The notes under the pieces were generated by a model. That model had not been told where the DNA came from. It saw only the letters and a program-made list of their open reading frames with translations, and made no database searches. Of a DNA stretch of 58,171 nt, positions 8,632 to 15,920 are shown piece after piece. Both the position numbers and the translations under genes were made by a program. The DNA comes from Kiritimatiellia bacterium (GTDB lineage: Bacteria > Verrucomicrobiota > Kiritimatiellia > PWTM01). The stretch spans positions 1-58,171 of the forward strand of contig JAGOHE010000001.1 of the NCBI GenBank assembly GCA_017996315.1. Reading direction: 5' to 3'. Within the stretch, counting starts at the first letter, position 1. Every line of letters begins with the position of its first letter.

Positions 8632-10616
8632 TGAATGCCATCCAAGCCGAACACACACCGCCGGTTGCTTCCGACCCGTCGTCATCCCCGCGCACCGGCG
8701 CATGGATGCTAGCTGTCGCCGGCGCCCTGGCTGTCCTCTGGATGTCCTGGCACGCAGCGGACGCGCCCGAGCTCTTTGAGCGCGCATCCATCGGCCGGGC
8801 CATGGCGGAGCGCGGTATTCTGCGCACGGAGCCCTTGAGTTTTGCCGCCTCGGATCAACCGTGGCAGAGCGCCCATTGGCTGTATGACCGGGCCGCCGCC
8901 CTGCTCGCCGGCCAGATCGGAATCGGTGGGCTGGCCTGGATTCACCGGTTGTTGGCGGCGATCTGCGCCGGTGTGTGGATTTTCTGGGGAATCCGGGACG
9001 GGGGACGATGGGCCGGAATCTTTGCCGCCCTGCTGTTCTTGATAATCAGCCGGTTTCAATTCGCGATCATCGGACCCGAAGCGATCACCTGGGGCTGGGC
9101 CACCCTGCTGGTTTTCCTGTTGCAGTCGCTGCCGCGCGCACCCGCCCTGCGCTGGACGGCGGCCCTGATCGTTCAACTGGCTTGGGCCAACACCGCACCC
9201 TATGCCCTGCTGGGGCCGGTACTGGCCGCCGGATGGATTGCGGATGAGTCCATCCGCGGAAAAACGGCGGCATTCCGTTCCTCCATCATCGCGGTGCTGG
9301 CGATGGTCGCGGTATGCGCCGCGACACCGTACGGATGGGGATCCTTGCGGGAGATTATCTCCAGCCGCGCGAGATCCGGATGGCCCATCGTGCTGGAACC
9401 TGGCTTCCTCCGGCTACCGGTCGAAACCGTGGTGATGTACCTCACGCTGGCCGTGATGTGCGGCTGCATGCTCGTGCGCCGCCAGCGGCTTCCAATCCTG
9501 TGGCTCCTGGCGGCCGGCGCGGGAATCCTCATGGTCGTTCGTCTCCAGGCCAGCGTCGCGACCTTTGCCCTGCTCTGCCTTCCGTTTGTCGCCATCAGCC
9601 TGGATTCCATCGCGAGATGGATCCGGGATTTCGCATTCCAGCATCTGAAACTTATCGCTTCGTTGCCCGCTCCGCTCCGCTTCGGCCTGGCGGCAATCGC
9701 GATCGGTTTCCTGCTCTGGACCCCATGGAACCAGTGCGCATGGGATGCCCGGGGTATATTCCGCGGAGAAGGCTCCCGGACCATCTATTCATCCCTGTCG
9801 GCCGGGCTGTGTCGCGCGCTCCAACGCGAGGATGCGCCCCAACGCCTGCTTCATCTTCCCGTGGACGGCGGAGCGCTGGCCTGGGCCAGGCCGGGCGTGC
9901 CGATATTCGCGGATACGCGCTCGTCCGATTATCCCCCGGAATTTCTGGACATGATCGATCGTTGGCAGGCGGGCGACACAGAGGCGTTCAAGGCGATTCT
10001 TCTCCGGTGGAAACCCGATGGCGTCCTCTTGCGCTGTCTTCCCGTCTCCCTGATGCCATCCCATGCCATGCTGGCCTCCCAGCCCGGCGAATGGGCGCTG
10101 ACCTACATGGACGGAGACCACGCGCTGTGGATCAGAATATCCGCTGTGCCGGAATCCTTCGCGCGCGATCCCGAACTCCACCGGGAGGGATGGGCGCTGA
10201 TTTCCGACACGCACAAGGAATGGTCCGCCGCGCGCCGGTCCCGGGGAGTATCGCCGCGAATAATCGGCGCGGGCGCCTTCTTGAGCACCGTGCTTCGCAA
10301 CTCCAAGCAGCTTCCCATGGCCGCATCCCTGTTCTCGCTGGGTGCGCGGCACGCCCCCGGCCAGATTCGGCTCAAATACTATGAAGCCATAGCCCTCAAG
10401 AACGTGCAGCGCCACGATGAATCCCGGGCCGCGGTGATCCATTATCTCAAAGCGCGAAACAAGGATGCCCAGGCATGGGCGCTGCTGGCCGGAATTGAAA
10501 CCGCGCGCGGCGACGTATCCGCCGCGAAGTCCGCCCAGAACCGCGCGGACACGCTGGCTCCGAACGAAGAGACCAACACCGGATCGGAACCCACCGCCCC
10601 GCCCCGCACCCCTTGA
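8631..10616 (+). CDS. polytopic membrane protein with a C-terminal TPR-like region (hypothetical)
   Basis: 661-aa ORF. Many hydrophobic helices in the first ~400 aa. The C-terminus has TPR-like repeats (YYEAIALKNVQRHDESRAAVIHYLKARNKDAQAWALLAGIETARGD). High GC3. Translationally coupled to the upstream gene. Confidence 0.6.
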   Translation: MNAIQAEHTPPVASDPSSSPRTGAWMLAVAGALAVLWMSWHAADAPELFERASIGRAMAERGILRTEPLSFAASDQPWQSAHWLYDRAAALLAGQIGIGGLAWIHRLLAAICAGVWIFWGIRDGGRWAGIFAALLFLIISRFQFAIIGPEAITWGWATLLVFLLQSLPRAPALRWTAALIVQLAWANTAPYALLGPVLAAGWIADESIRGKTAAFRSSIIAVLAMVAVCAATPYGWGSLREIISSRARSGWPIVLEPGFLRLPVETVVMYLTLAVMCGCMLVRRQRLPILWLLAAGAGILMVVRLQASVATFALLCLPFVAISLDSIARWIRDFAFQHLKLIASLPAPLRFGLAAIAIGFLLWTPWNQCAWDARGIFRGEGSRTIYSSLSAGLCRALQREDAPQRLLHLPVDGGALAWARPGVPIFADTRSSDYPPEFLDMIDRWQAGDTEAFKAILLRWKPDGVLLRCLPVSLMPSHAMLASQPGEWALTYMDGDHALWIRISAVPESFARDPELHREGWALISDTHKEWSAARRSRGVSPRIIGAGAFLSTVLRNSKQLPMAASLFSLGARHAPGQIRLKYYEAIALKNVQRHDESRAAVIHYLKARNKDAQAWALLAGIETARGDVSAAKSAQNRADTLAPNEETNTGSEPTAPPRTP

Positions 10617-10818
10617 GTCGAACCGAGGCACACTCCGCATCCGCGCGAACCACGCGCAAGAAGCCGGCGTAGATTCTGGAACAATGGGCACGCCTTGCGC
10701 GGTGCGCAGGGGGGCATCTCCGCGAACCGCGCCACCCCCGAATGGCCGGCCGGCCGCCGGCCTCGTCTTTCAACAAATCTGACGCGCCGCTCCCTTCTCG
10801 TCCGAAATGGGGTCGAGA

Positions 10819-10847
10819 TTGACACCCACCGCACCTTCGCGCATACT
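10819..10847 (+). promoter_or_regulatory. sigma-70-type promoter for tRNA-Ala(GGC)
   Basis: TTGACA (10819-10824), a 17-nt spacer, then CATACT (10842-10847). The -10 element ends 13 nt before the mature tRNA 5' end. Confidence 0.55.
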
Positions 10848-10860
10848 ATCCGCTTTTGTT

Positions 10861-10936
<76 letters not shown>

Positions 10937-11087
10937 ACATCACCGCACCTTGTCGTGAGCGCGCGCTCACTCCCCTGCCCTGCCGCGAAACGGCTTGCGC
11001 GGCAACCCGCCGCGCCCTCCCGCTCACGTCACCGACCAATTCCTGCCGTTCTCTCTGGCCTTCTCCGGCATGGCCTGTTAGCGTTCC

Positions 11088-14000
11088 ATGGTCACGCGAA
11101 GACGGCATCCGTTCGACATGACCGTAACCGAGTTCATCGCGAAGTGGCGCAAGGTGGAACTGAAAGAACGGTCCGCCGCTCAAACCCATTTCATTGACCT
11201 TTGCCGCGTCTTCGACCACCCCGACCCCGTGACGGCCGATCCGACCGGCGAAAGCTTCTGCTTTGAGAGGGGCGCAGCCAAGCACGGAGGCGGCGACGGC
11301 TTCGCGGACGTGTGGAAACGCGGCTTCTTCGGCATCGAATACAAAGGCAAACACAAAGACCTTCTTGAAGCCTACGACCAGCTTCTACGCTACCGCGACG
11401 CCCTGGAAAGCCCACCCCTGCTTCTCTGCTGCGACCTTGACCGCATCGTCATTCATACCAACTTCACCGGCACCGTTTCGGCGACCCATGACATACCCCT
11501 TGAAGCCCTTGCCGAACCCCGCAACATCGAAATCATGCGGGCGGTCTTCCACGATCCCGAAGCCCTCCGCCCAGGCCGCACGAGTACCGCCGTCACCCAG
11601 GATGCCGCCCGGCACTTCGCCGAAATCGCCGCCGCCATGCGCGCGCGCGGCCTTGACCCGGCCGCCGTCGCCCACTTCCTTGACCGCCTGGTCTTCTGCC
11701 TCTTCGCCGAAGACACCCGCCTCTTGCCCGATATGGTCTTCAGCCGAATCGTGACGCAAGCGGCCGGCGACCCCGCCCGCTTCTGCAAGATTTTGGCGCA
11801 ACTCTTCGACACGATGGCGACCGGCGGCGACTTCGGCCTTGAACCCATCCGCCATTTCAACGGCAACCTGTTCGATGACCGCACCGTCCTTGACCTCACC
11901 GCCGACGAAGTGAAGCGCATCGCCGCCGCCGCAACCCTCGATTGGAGCGCCGTTGACCCTTCCATCTTCGGCACCCTGTTTGAACGCGGCCTTGACCCCA
12001 ACACCCGCGCGCAACTGGGCGCGCACTTCACCAGCCGGGAAGACATTGAACTCATCGTTGATGCCGTGGTCATGGCCCCGCTTCGCCGGGAGTGGGCGGA
12101 GACGAAGGCGGTCATCGGGAATCTCCTCGCGACGGGGAATAAGGCTCGGAGCGCGGGCGTCCCGCCCGCATCTTCCTCGAGCGTGAGCGTCCCGCCCGCA
12201 TCTTCCTCGAGCGCGGGCGTCCCGCCCGCATCTTCCTCGAGCGCGGGCGTCCCGCCCGCATCTTCCCCGAAACCGCCCCGTGAATGGCATTCCCGCGGAT
12301 ACCTCCCGCATTTCGACCACCCGGGCCTTGTCCAGACCATCACCTTCCGCCTGGCCGACTCGCTCCCCCCCAGCCTTGTTGAACGTCTTCTCGCGCACAA
12401 GGAGAATGCCGACGATCCGATGCTACGCCAGGAAATCGAAGATGCACTGGACGCGTCGCATGGCGCCTGCTACTTGCGCGATCCGCGCGTTGCCGCCGTT
12501 ATCCAGAACGCGCTGCTGCATTTCGATTCCGAACGCTATCGCCTGCTCGCATGGGTAGTCATGCCCAACCATGTTCATGTCATGCTTGAGACGCGAACCG
12601 GCCACCGTCTCGAAGACATCCTGCATTCCTGGAAGTCTTTCACGGCTCACGAGTGCAACCGCCTCCTGAATCGCACGGGGCGTTTCTGGCAGGAGGAATA
12701 TTTCGACCGATTCATCCGCGACGCAGAACACCTGCGCAAGGCGCGGGATTACATCGAGCGCAACCCCGTTAAAGCCGGGCTTTGCAAGAGGGCGGAGGAA
12801 TGGGCGTTTGGAAGCGCCGGATACCCAAAAGATGCGGGCGGGACGCCCACGCTCCCAATTGCGGGCGGGACGCCCACGCTCCCAGGAAAGACGCTCAGCC
12901 CCGCGAAACTCCGCAAGGCGCGCGGCGAAGCCGGCAGCGTCTTGCACCAGTTCCTGACAAAACTCCGCGCCGTCAAGATTCTCGATCCCGCCTGCGGCTC
13001 CGGGAACTTCCTCTATGTCGCCTTGCTCCGCCTGAAAGACCTGGAGAAAGAAGCCGCCGTCACCTTCCCCGGTGAACACGGCTTGGGTTCCTACCTGCCC
13101 GGCGTCAGCCCGCTGCAACTCTACGGCATCGAAACGAACGCCTACGCCCATGACCTTGCACAGATGACCGTATGGATTGGCTGGCTGCAATGGATTCGCG
13201 CCAACGGCTTCGGCTTCCCCGACAACCCCGTCCTGCGCCCCCTCACCAATAACATCCGCCGCATGGACGCTATCCTTAGGAGCGCGGGCGTCCCGCCCGC
13301 ATCTTCGGGAACGGCGGCCGTCCCGCCCGCATCTTCGGGAATGGCGGGCGGGACGCCCGCGCTCCCAGGCGAGGAACCCGAATGGCCCAAGGTTGACTTC
13401 ATCATCGGCAACCCGCCGTTCCTTGGCGGGAACAAAATCCGCCAAGAACTCGGCGATGCTTATGTTGACGCTCTCTTTTCGTTGTACGCTGGCCGTGTGC
13501 CGGCTTTTGCCGACCTCTGCTGCTACTGGTTCGAGAAGGCCCGCGCCCACATCGCCGCCGGCAAGTGCAAACGCGCCGGACTGCTGGCAACCCAGGGCAT
13601 ACGCGGCGGCGCGAACCGGGAAGTCCTCAAGCGCATCAAGGAAACCGGCGGCATCTTCTGGGCGGAGAGTGATCGCCCTTGGATTCTCGATGGCGCGAAC
13701 GTTCACGTCAGCATGATCGGCTTCGGAGCTAAGGGCGAAATCCCTGGGAGCGCGGGCGTCCCGCCCGCTCTTAACGCTGGCGATAATGCGGCCGGGACGG
13801 CCGCGATCCCAGGGGCACTTCTCGACGGCAAGCCCGTCCCCACGATCAACGCGAATCTGACCGCCGCCGCCGACACGACACAAGCCGTCGTTTTGAAGCA
13901 GAATCTCAACCTGTGTTTCATGGGCCCGTCCCCAAAGGCCCCTTTCGACATCGGCCGTTCAACGGTGATGCCCTTGCTTGCACCGGCAGGGAACCCAGAT

Positions 14001-14942
14001 TGCCGGCCCAATTCTGATGTTCTTCGCCCCGTTGTAAGTGCTGTAGACATTGCACAAAGATCCCGTGGTGAATGGACGATTGACTTTGGGCTTCTCCCGA
14101 ATGGGGAAGCATCCAGATATGAAGCCCCCTTTGAGTATGTCAAAACCGTAGTCCTTCCCGTACGAGAGAAACGACGCGATGACTACCGTGGACTCTGGTG
14201 GCAATACGCACGTCCCAGACCTGACATGCGTATAGCATTGCGTGGGCTGGGTCGGTTTGTTGCAACACCCGCCGTGGCCAAGCACCGATTGTTTGTCTGG
14301 ATGGACCCCGTGTGTCTGTGTAACCAAGGCACGCTTGTCTTCGCCCGCTCCGACGACTACTTCTTCGGCATCCTGCACTCCCGCTTTCATGAAGTCTGGG
14401 CGCTGGCCCAGGGAACCCAGTTGCGAGAGAAGGAAAGCGGCTTCCGCTACACCCCGACCACCTGCTTTGAGACGTTCCCTTTCCCGGAGGCCCAGGCCGA
14501 ACGCGACGCGGCGATTGCCGCCGCCGCCAAGGAACTGAACGAACTCCGCGAAAACTGGCTGAATCCGCCGGACTGGACGCGCACCGAGACTCTGGAATTC
14601 CCCGGCACAGTCGGCGGCCCGTGGGATCGGTACATTGTCCCTGGGAGCGCGGGCGTCCCGCCCGCATCGTCGCAACGCGAGAACGAAAGCGGTCGGGACG
14701 CCCGCGCTCCCAGGGTGGGCACCGTGCGCTATCCGCGCCTTGTGCCGCGTGACGCCGACTGCTCGGCCCGGTTGAAGGAACGGACGTTGACGAAGCTCTA
14801 CAACGTGCGTCCGCCGTGGCTGGCCGACTGTCACGCCCGGCTTGACGCGGCGGTCGCCGCCGCCTACGGCTGGCCCGCCGACCTGCCCGACGAAGCGATC
14901 CTTGAACGCCTGCTGGCCCTGAACCAAGCGGCCGCCGGTTGA
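11088..14942 (+). CDS. MmeI-family type IIG/IIL restriction-modification enzyme (nuclease + N6-adenine methyltransferase + TRD) with embedded REP units and a RAYT module
   Basis: Single 1284-aa ORF (alternative start ATG at 11118, MTVTEFIAKWRK). N-terminal D...ExK nuclease core (FADVWKRGFFGIEYKGKHKDL), MTase motif I (ILDPACGSGNFLY), motif IV (IIGNPPFLGG), and the family C-terminus (LTKLYNVRPPWLADCHARLDAAVAAAYGW). All motifs are in one frame despite five blocks of repeat-derived sequence. Confidence 0.85.
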   Translation: MVTRRRHPFDMTVTEFIAKWRKVELKERSAAQTHFIDLCRVFDHPDPVTADPTGESFCFERGAAKHGGGDGFADVWKRGFFGIEYKGKHKDLLEAYDQLLRYRDALESPPLLLCCDLDRIVIHTNFTGTVSATHDIPLEALAEPRNIEIMRAVFHDPEALRPGRTSTAVTQDAARHFAEIAAAMRARGLDPAAVAHFLDRLVFCLFAEDTRLLPDMVFSRIVTQAAGDPARFCKILAQLFDTMATGGDFGLEPIRHFNGNLFDDRTVLDLTADEVKRIAAAATLDWSAVDPSIFGTLFERGLDPNTRAQLGAHFTSREDIELIVDAVVMAPLRREWAETKAVIGNLLATGNKARSAGVPPASSSSVSVPPASSSSAGVPPASSSSAGVPPASSPKPPREWHSRGYLPHFDHPGLVQTITFRLADSLPPSLVERLLAHKENADDPMLRQEIEDALDASHGACYLRDPRVAAVIQNALLHFDSERYRLLAWVVMPNHVHVMLETRTGHRLEDILHSWKSFTAHECNRLLNRTGRFWQEEYFDRFIRDAEHLRKARDYIERNPVKAGLCKRAEEWAFGSAGYPKDAGGTPTLPIAGGTPTLPGKTLSPAKLRKARGEAGSVLHQFLTKLRAVKILDPACGSGNFLYVALLRLKDLEKEAAVTFPGEHGLGSYLPGVSPLQLYGIETNAYAHDLAQMTVWIGWLQWIRANGFGFPDNPVLRPLTNNIRRMDAILRSAGVPPASSGTAAVPPASSGMAGGTPALPGEEPEWPKVDFIIGNPPFLGGNKIRQELGDAYVDALFSLYAGRVPAFADLCCYWFEKARAHIAAGKCKRAGLLATQGIRGGANREVLKRIKETGGIFWAESDRPWILDGANVHVSMIGFGAKGEIPGSAGVPPALNAGDNAAGTAAIPGALLDGKPVPTINANLTAAADTTQAVVLKQNLNLCFMGPSPKAPFDIGRSTVMPLLAPAGNPDCRPNSDVLRPVVSAVDIAQRSRGEWTIDFGLLPNGEASRYEAPFEYVKTVVLPVREKRRDDYRGLWWQYARPRPDMRIALRGLGRFVATPAVAKHRLFVWMDPVCLCNQGTLVFARSDDYFFGILHSRFHEVWALAQGTQLREKESGFRYTPTTCFETFPFPEAQAERDAAIAAAAKELNELRENWLNPPDWTRTETLEFPGTVGGPWDRYIVPGSAGVPPASSQRENESGRDARAPRVGTVRYPRLVPRDADCSARLKERTLTKLYNVRPPWLADCHARLDAAVAAAYGWPADLPDEAILERLLALNQAAAG
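12149..12266 (+). repeat. Four tandem 30-bp REP hairpin units (forward orientation) inside the R-M ORF
   Basis: Unit GAGCGCGGGCGTCCCGCCCGCATCTTCCTC repeated 4 times with a 30-bp period (10 codons, peptide SAGVPPASSS). Each unit contains the hairpin GCGGGCG-TCC-CGCCCGC. Confidence 0.9.
12829..12886 (+). repeat. Two tandem inverted-orientation REP units (27-bp period)
   Basis: GATGCGGGCGGGACGCCCACGCTCCCA then ATTGCGGGCGGGACGCCCACGCTCCCAGG, the reverse complement of the 12149 unit. Peptide DAGGTPTLPIAGGTPTLPG. Confidence 0.9.
13278..13369 (+). repeat. REP block: two forward units plus one inverted unit, just upstream of MTase motif IV
   Basis: AGGAGCGCGGGCGTCCCGCCCGCATCTTCGGGA, ACGGCGGCCGTCCCGCCCGCATCTTCGGGA, ATGGCGGGCGGGACGCCCGCGCTCCCAGG. 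Peptide SAGVPPASSGTAAVPPASSGMAGGTPALPG. Confidence 0.9.
13743..13813 (+). repeat. REPIN-like doublet (forward REP + degenerate inverted REP)
   Basis: CCTGGGAGCGCGGGCGTCCCGCCCGC ... GCGGCCGGGACGGCCGCGATCCCAGG. The inverted copy carries paired substitutions that keep its stem (GCGGCCG/CGGCCGC). Confidence 0.85.
14640..14714 (+). repeat. 75-bp REPIN with perfect 21-bp terminal inverted repeats
   Basis: CCTGGGAGCGCGGGCGTCCCG ... CGGGACGCCCGCGCTCCCAGG. Exactly 25 codons (peptide PGSAGVPPASSQRENESGRDARAPR) in the R-M frame. Confidence 0.9.
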
Positions 14943-15203
14943 CCCATCACGCCCCCGGCGATCCACCGACGATGAAACAGGCACTCCGTCCTGTGTGAAG
15001 GTCCCACAAGCCTGGGCGCGCGCGCACGAAAATTTTCTACACTCTGCGGGGCAAGTGCAAACAGACACCGCCTTCCGGCCGGTGTTCCGATTGAATCCGC
15101 GCCCTTCAGTCTGGTGTGTGTGCTTTGTGTGTGCGGTTGTGTGTGCTTTTTCTCTCCCGGTTTCACCGCTATTCACGCGGAAGCAATAAAAGGCCATAAA
15201 AGC

Positions 15204-15240
15204 AAAACCCCCGGATTTCCTAGGAAAACCGGGGGTTTTT
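15204..15240 (-). terminator. Rho-independent (bidirectional-looking) terminator immediately 3' of tRNA-Met
   Basis: AAAA-CCCCCGG-ATTTCCTAGGAAAA-CCGGGGG-TTTTT. 7-bp GC stem with an inner TTTCC/GGAAA extension, and A/T runs on both sides. Confidence 0.7.
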
Positions 15241-15250
15241 GGCTTCAAAG

Positions 15251-15327
<77 letters not shown>

Positions 15328-15339
15328 ATCAGAGGGTTT

Positions 15340-15367
15340 AGTATCGCGGATTTCTCGAAAAATGCAA
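15340..15367 (-). promoter_or_regulatory. candidate sigma-70 promoter for tRNA-Met
   Basis: On the minus strand: TTGCAT (15367-15362), a 16-nt spacer, then GATACT (15345-15340), 12 nt upstream of the tRNA 5' end. Confidence 0.4.
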
Positions 15368-15425
15368 GCGCATTCGCGGTCGAAAACATATTTTCCCGGG
15401 GCGCGCCGCGGGGTATGATGTCGCC

Positions 15426-15920
15426 ATGAACGCGAATTCGAAACCCCGCGCCCGATCGGCTGCTTCGCCGAGGGCGGCGCGGCCGCATGCCTACCAATTG
15501 CTCCTGCGCATGATGGGGCAGGTCGCGTTCTGGCAAACGTTGGGGTTTATCGCGCTGGTGTCTCTGGTCTGGGCTCTCCGCGCCAACCGGATTATCGAAT
15601 TCATCCTGCCCGGTACGCGTGAGACCGAGCGCGAATGGTTCGGCGCCTGGATTACCACCGCCGCCATCTTCGCCATCGGCATCATTGTGGTCGTCAACAC
15701 CCACCAGCAGCAGAAACGATTGCTCAGGGGACTCATTCGCGTCTGCGCGCATTGCCGGAAGGTGCACGTCGAAGCGTCCGAATGGCAGCAGATTGAGGAT
15801 TTCATCAGCGCCCGCACTCTGGTCGAGTTCACCCACGGGATCTGCCCGGAATGTCATCAAAAGCTGCTTCAGGAAATGGACGCCGCGGTTCCCGCTCCCC
15901 CGGGAGTCCGGACCACATGA
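15426..15920 (+). CDS. small two-TM membrane protein with a C-terminal CxxC...HxxCPxC zinc-ribbon-like domain
   Basis: 164-aa ORF. Two hydrophobic helices (VAFWQTLGFIALVSLVWAL; WITTAAIFAIGIIVVVN). C-terminus RVCAHCRKVHVEASEWQQIEDFISARTLVEFTHGICPECHQK. ATGA overlap with the next gene. Confidence 0.65.
   Translation: MNANSKPRARSAASPRAARPHAYQLLLRMMGQVAFWQTLGFIALVSLVWALRANRIIEFILPGTRETEREWFGAWITTAAIFAIGIIVVVNTHQQQKRLLRGLIRVCAHCRKVHVEASEWQQIEDFISARTLVEFTHGICPECHQKLLQEMDAAVPAPPGVRTT

Larger units (their letters stand above)
12149..12886 (+). mobile_element. REP-RAYT-REP cassette: REP-associated tyrosine transposase (Y1/HUH, IS200-like) flanked by forward and inverted REPs, in frame within the R-M gene
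   Basis: Translation in the host frame: REWHSRGYLPHFDHPG..., the HUH motif VMPNHVHVML, and the Tyr region RKARDYIERNPVKAGL. Four forward REPs lie upstream and two inverted REPs downstream. There is no ATG at the start of the module (codons P-K-P-P-R-E-W). Confidence 0.8.

Noticed and set aside
12149-12266. Possible CRISPR array (regular 30-bp repeats)
   Set aside because: The repeats are directly abutting with no spacers, lie inside an ORF, and are the same unit found inverted nearby. No cas genes are present. This is a REP array, not CRISPR.
12149-12886. Intein explanation for the in-frame RAYT insertion
   Set aside because: There is no Cys/Ser/Thr at the N-junction, no His-Asn plus Cys/Ser/Thr at the C-junction, and no Hint or homing-endonuclease blocks. 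The insert is bounded by REP hairpins instead.
11385-13883. Two long minus-strand ORFs (337 and 486 aa) containing GRDARAP/ERGRPAR repeats
   Set aside because: They are antisense to the R-M gene. The repeated peptides are just other reading frames of the REP units, and no domain signal lies between them.
11088-14942. BREX (PglX) or type I R-M system
   Set aside because: No pglZ, brxC, brxL, hsdR or hsdS genes are adjacent. The N-terminal D...ExK nuclease and the C-terminal LTKLYN...AYGW region fit a single-polypeptide MmeI-type enzyme.
14995-15189. 64-aa ORF with a Cys/Val-rich hydrophobic tail just downstream of the R-M gene
   Set aside because: It has a GTG start with no ribosome-binding site and low GC3 compared with real genes here. 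The hydrophobic tail is simply the translation of the GT-rich imperfect repeat.
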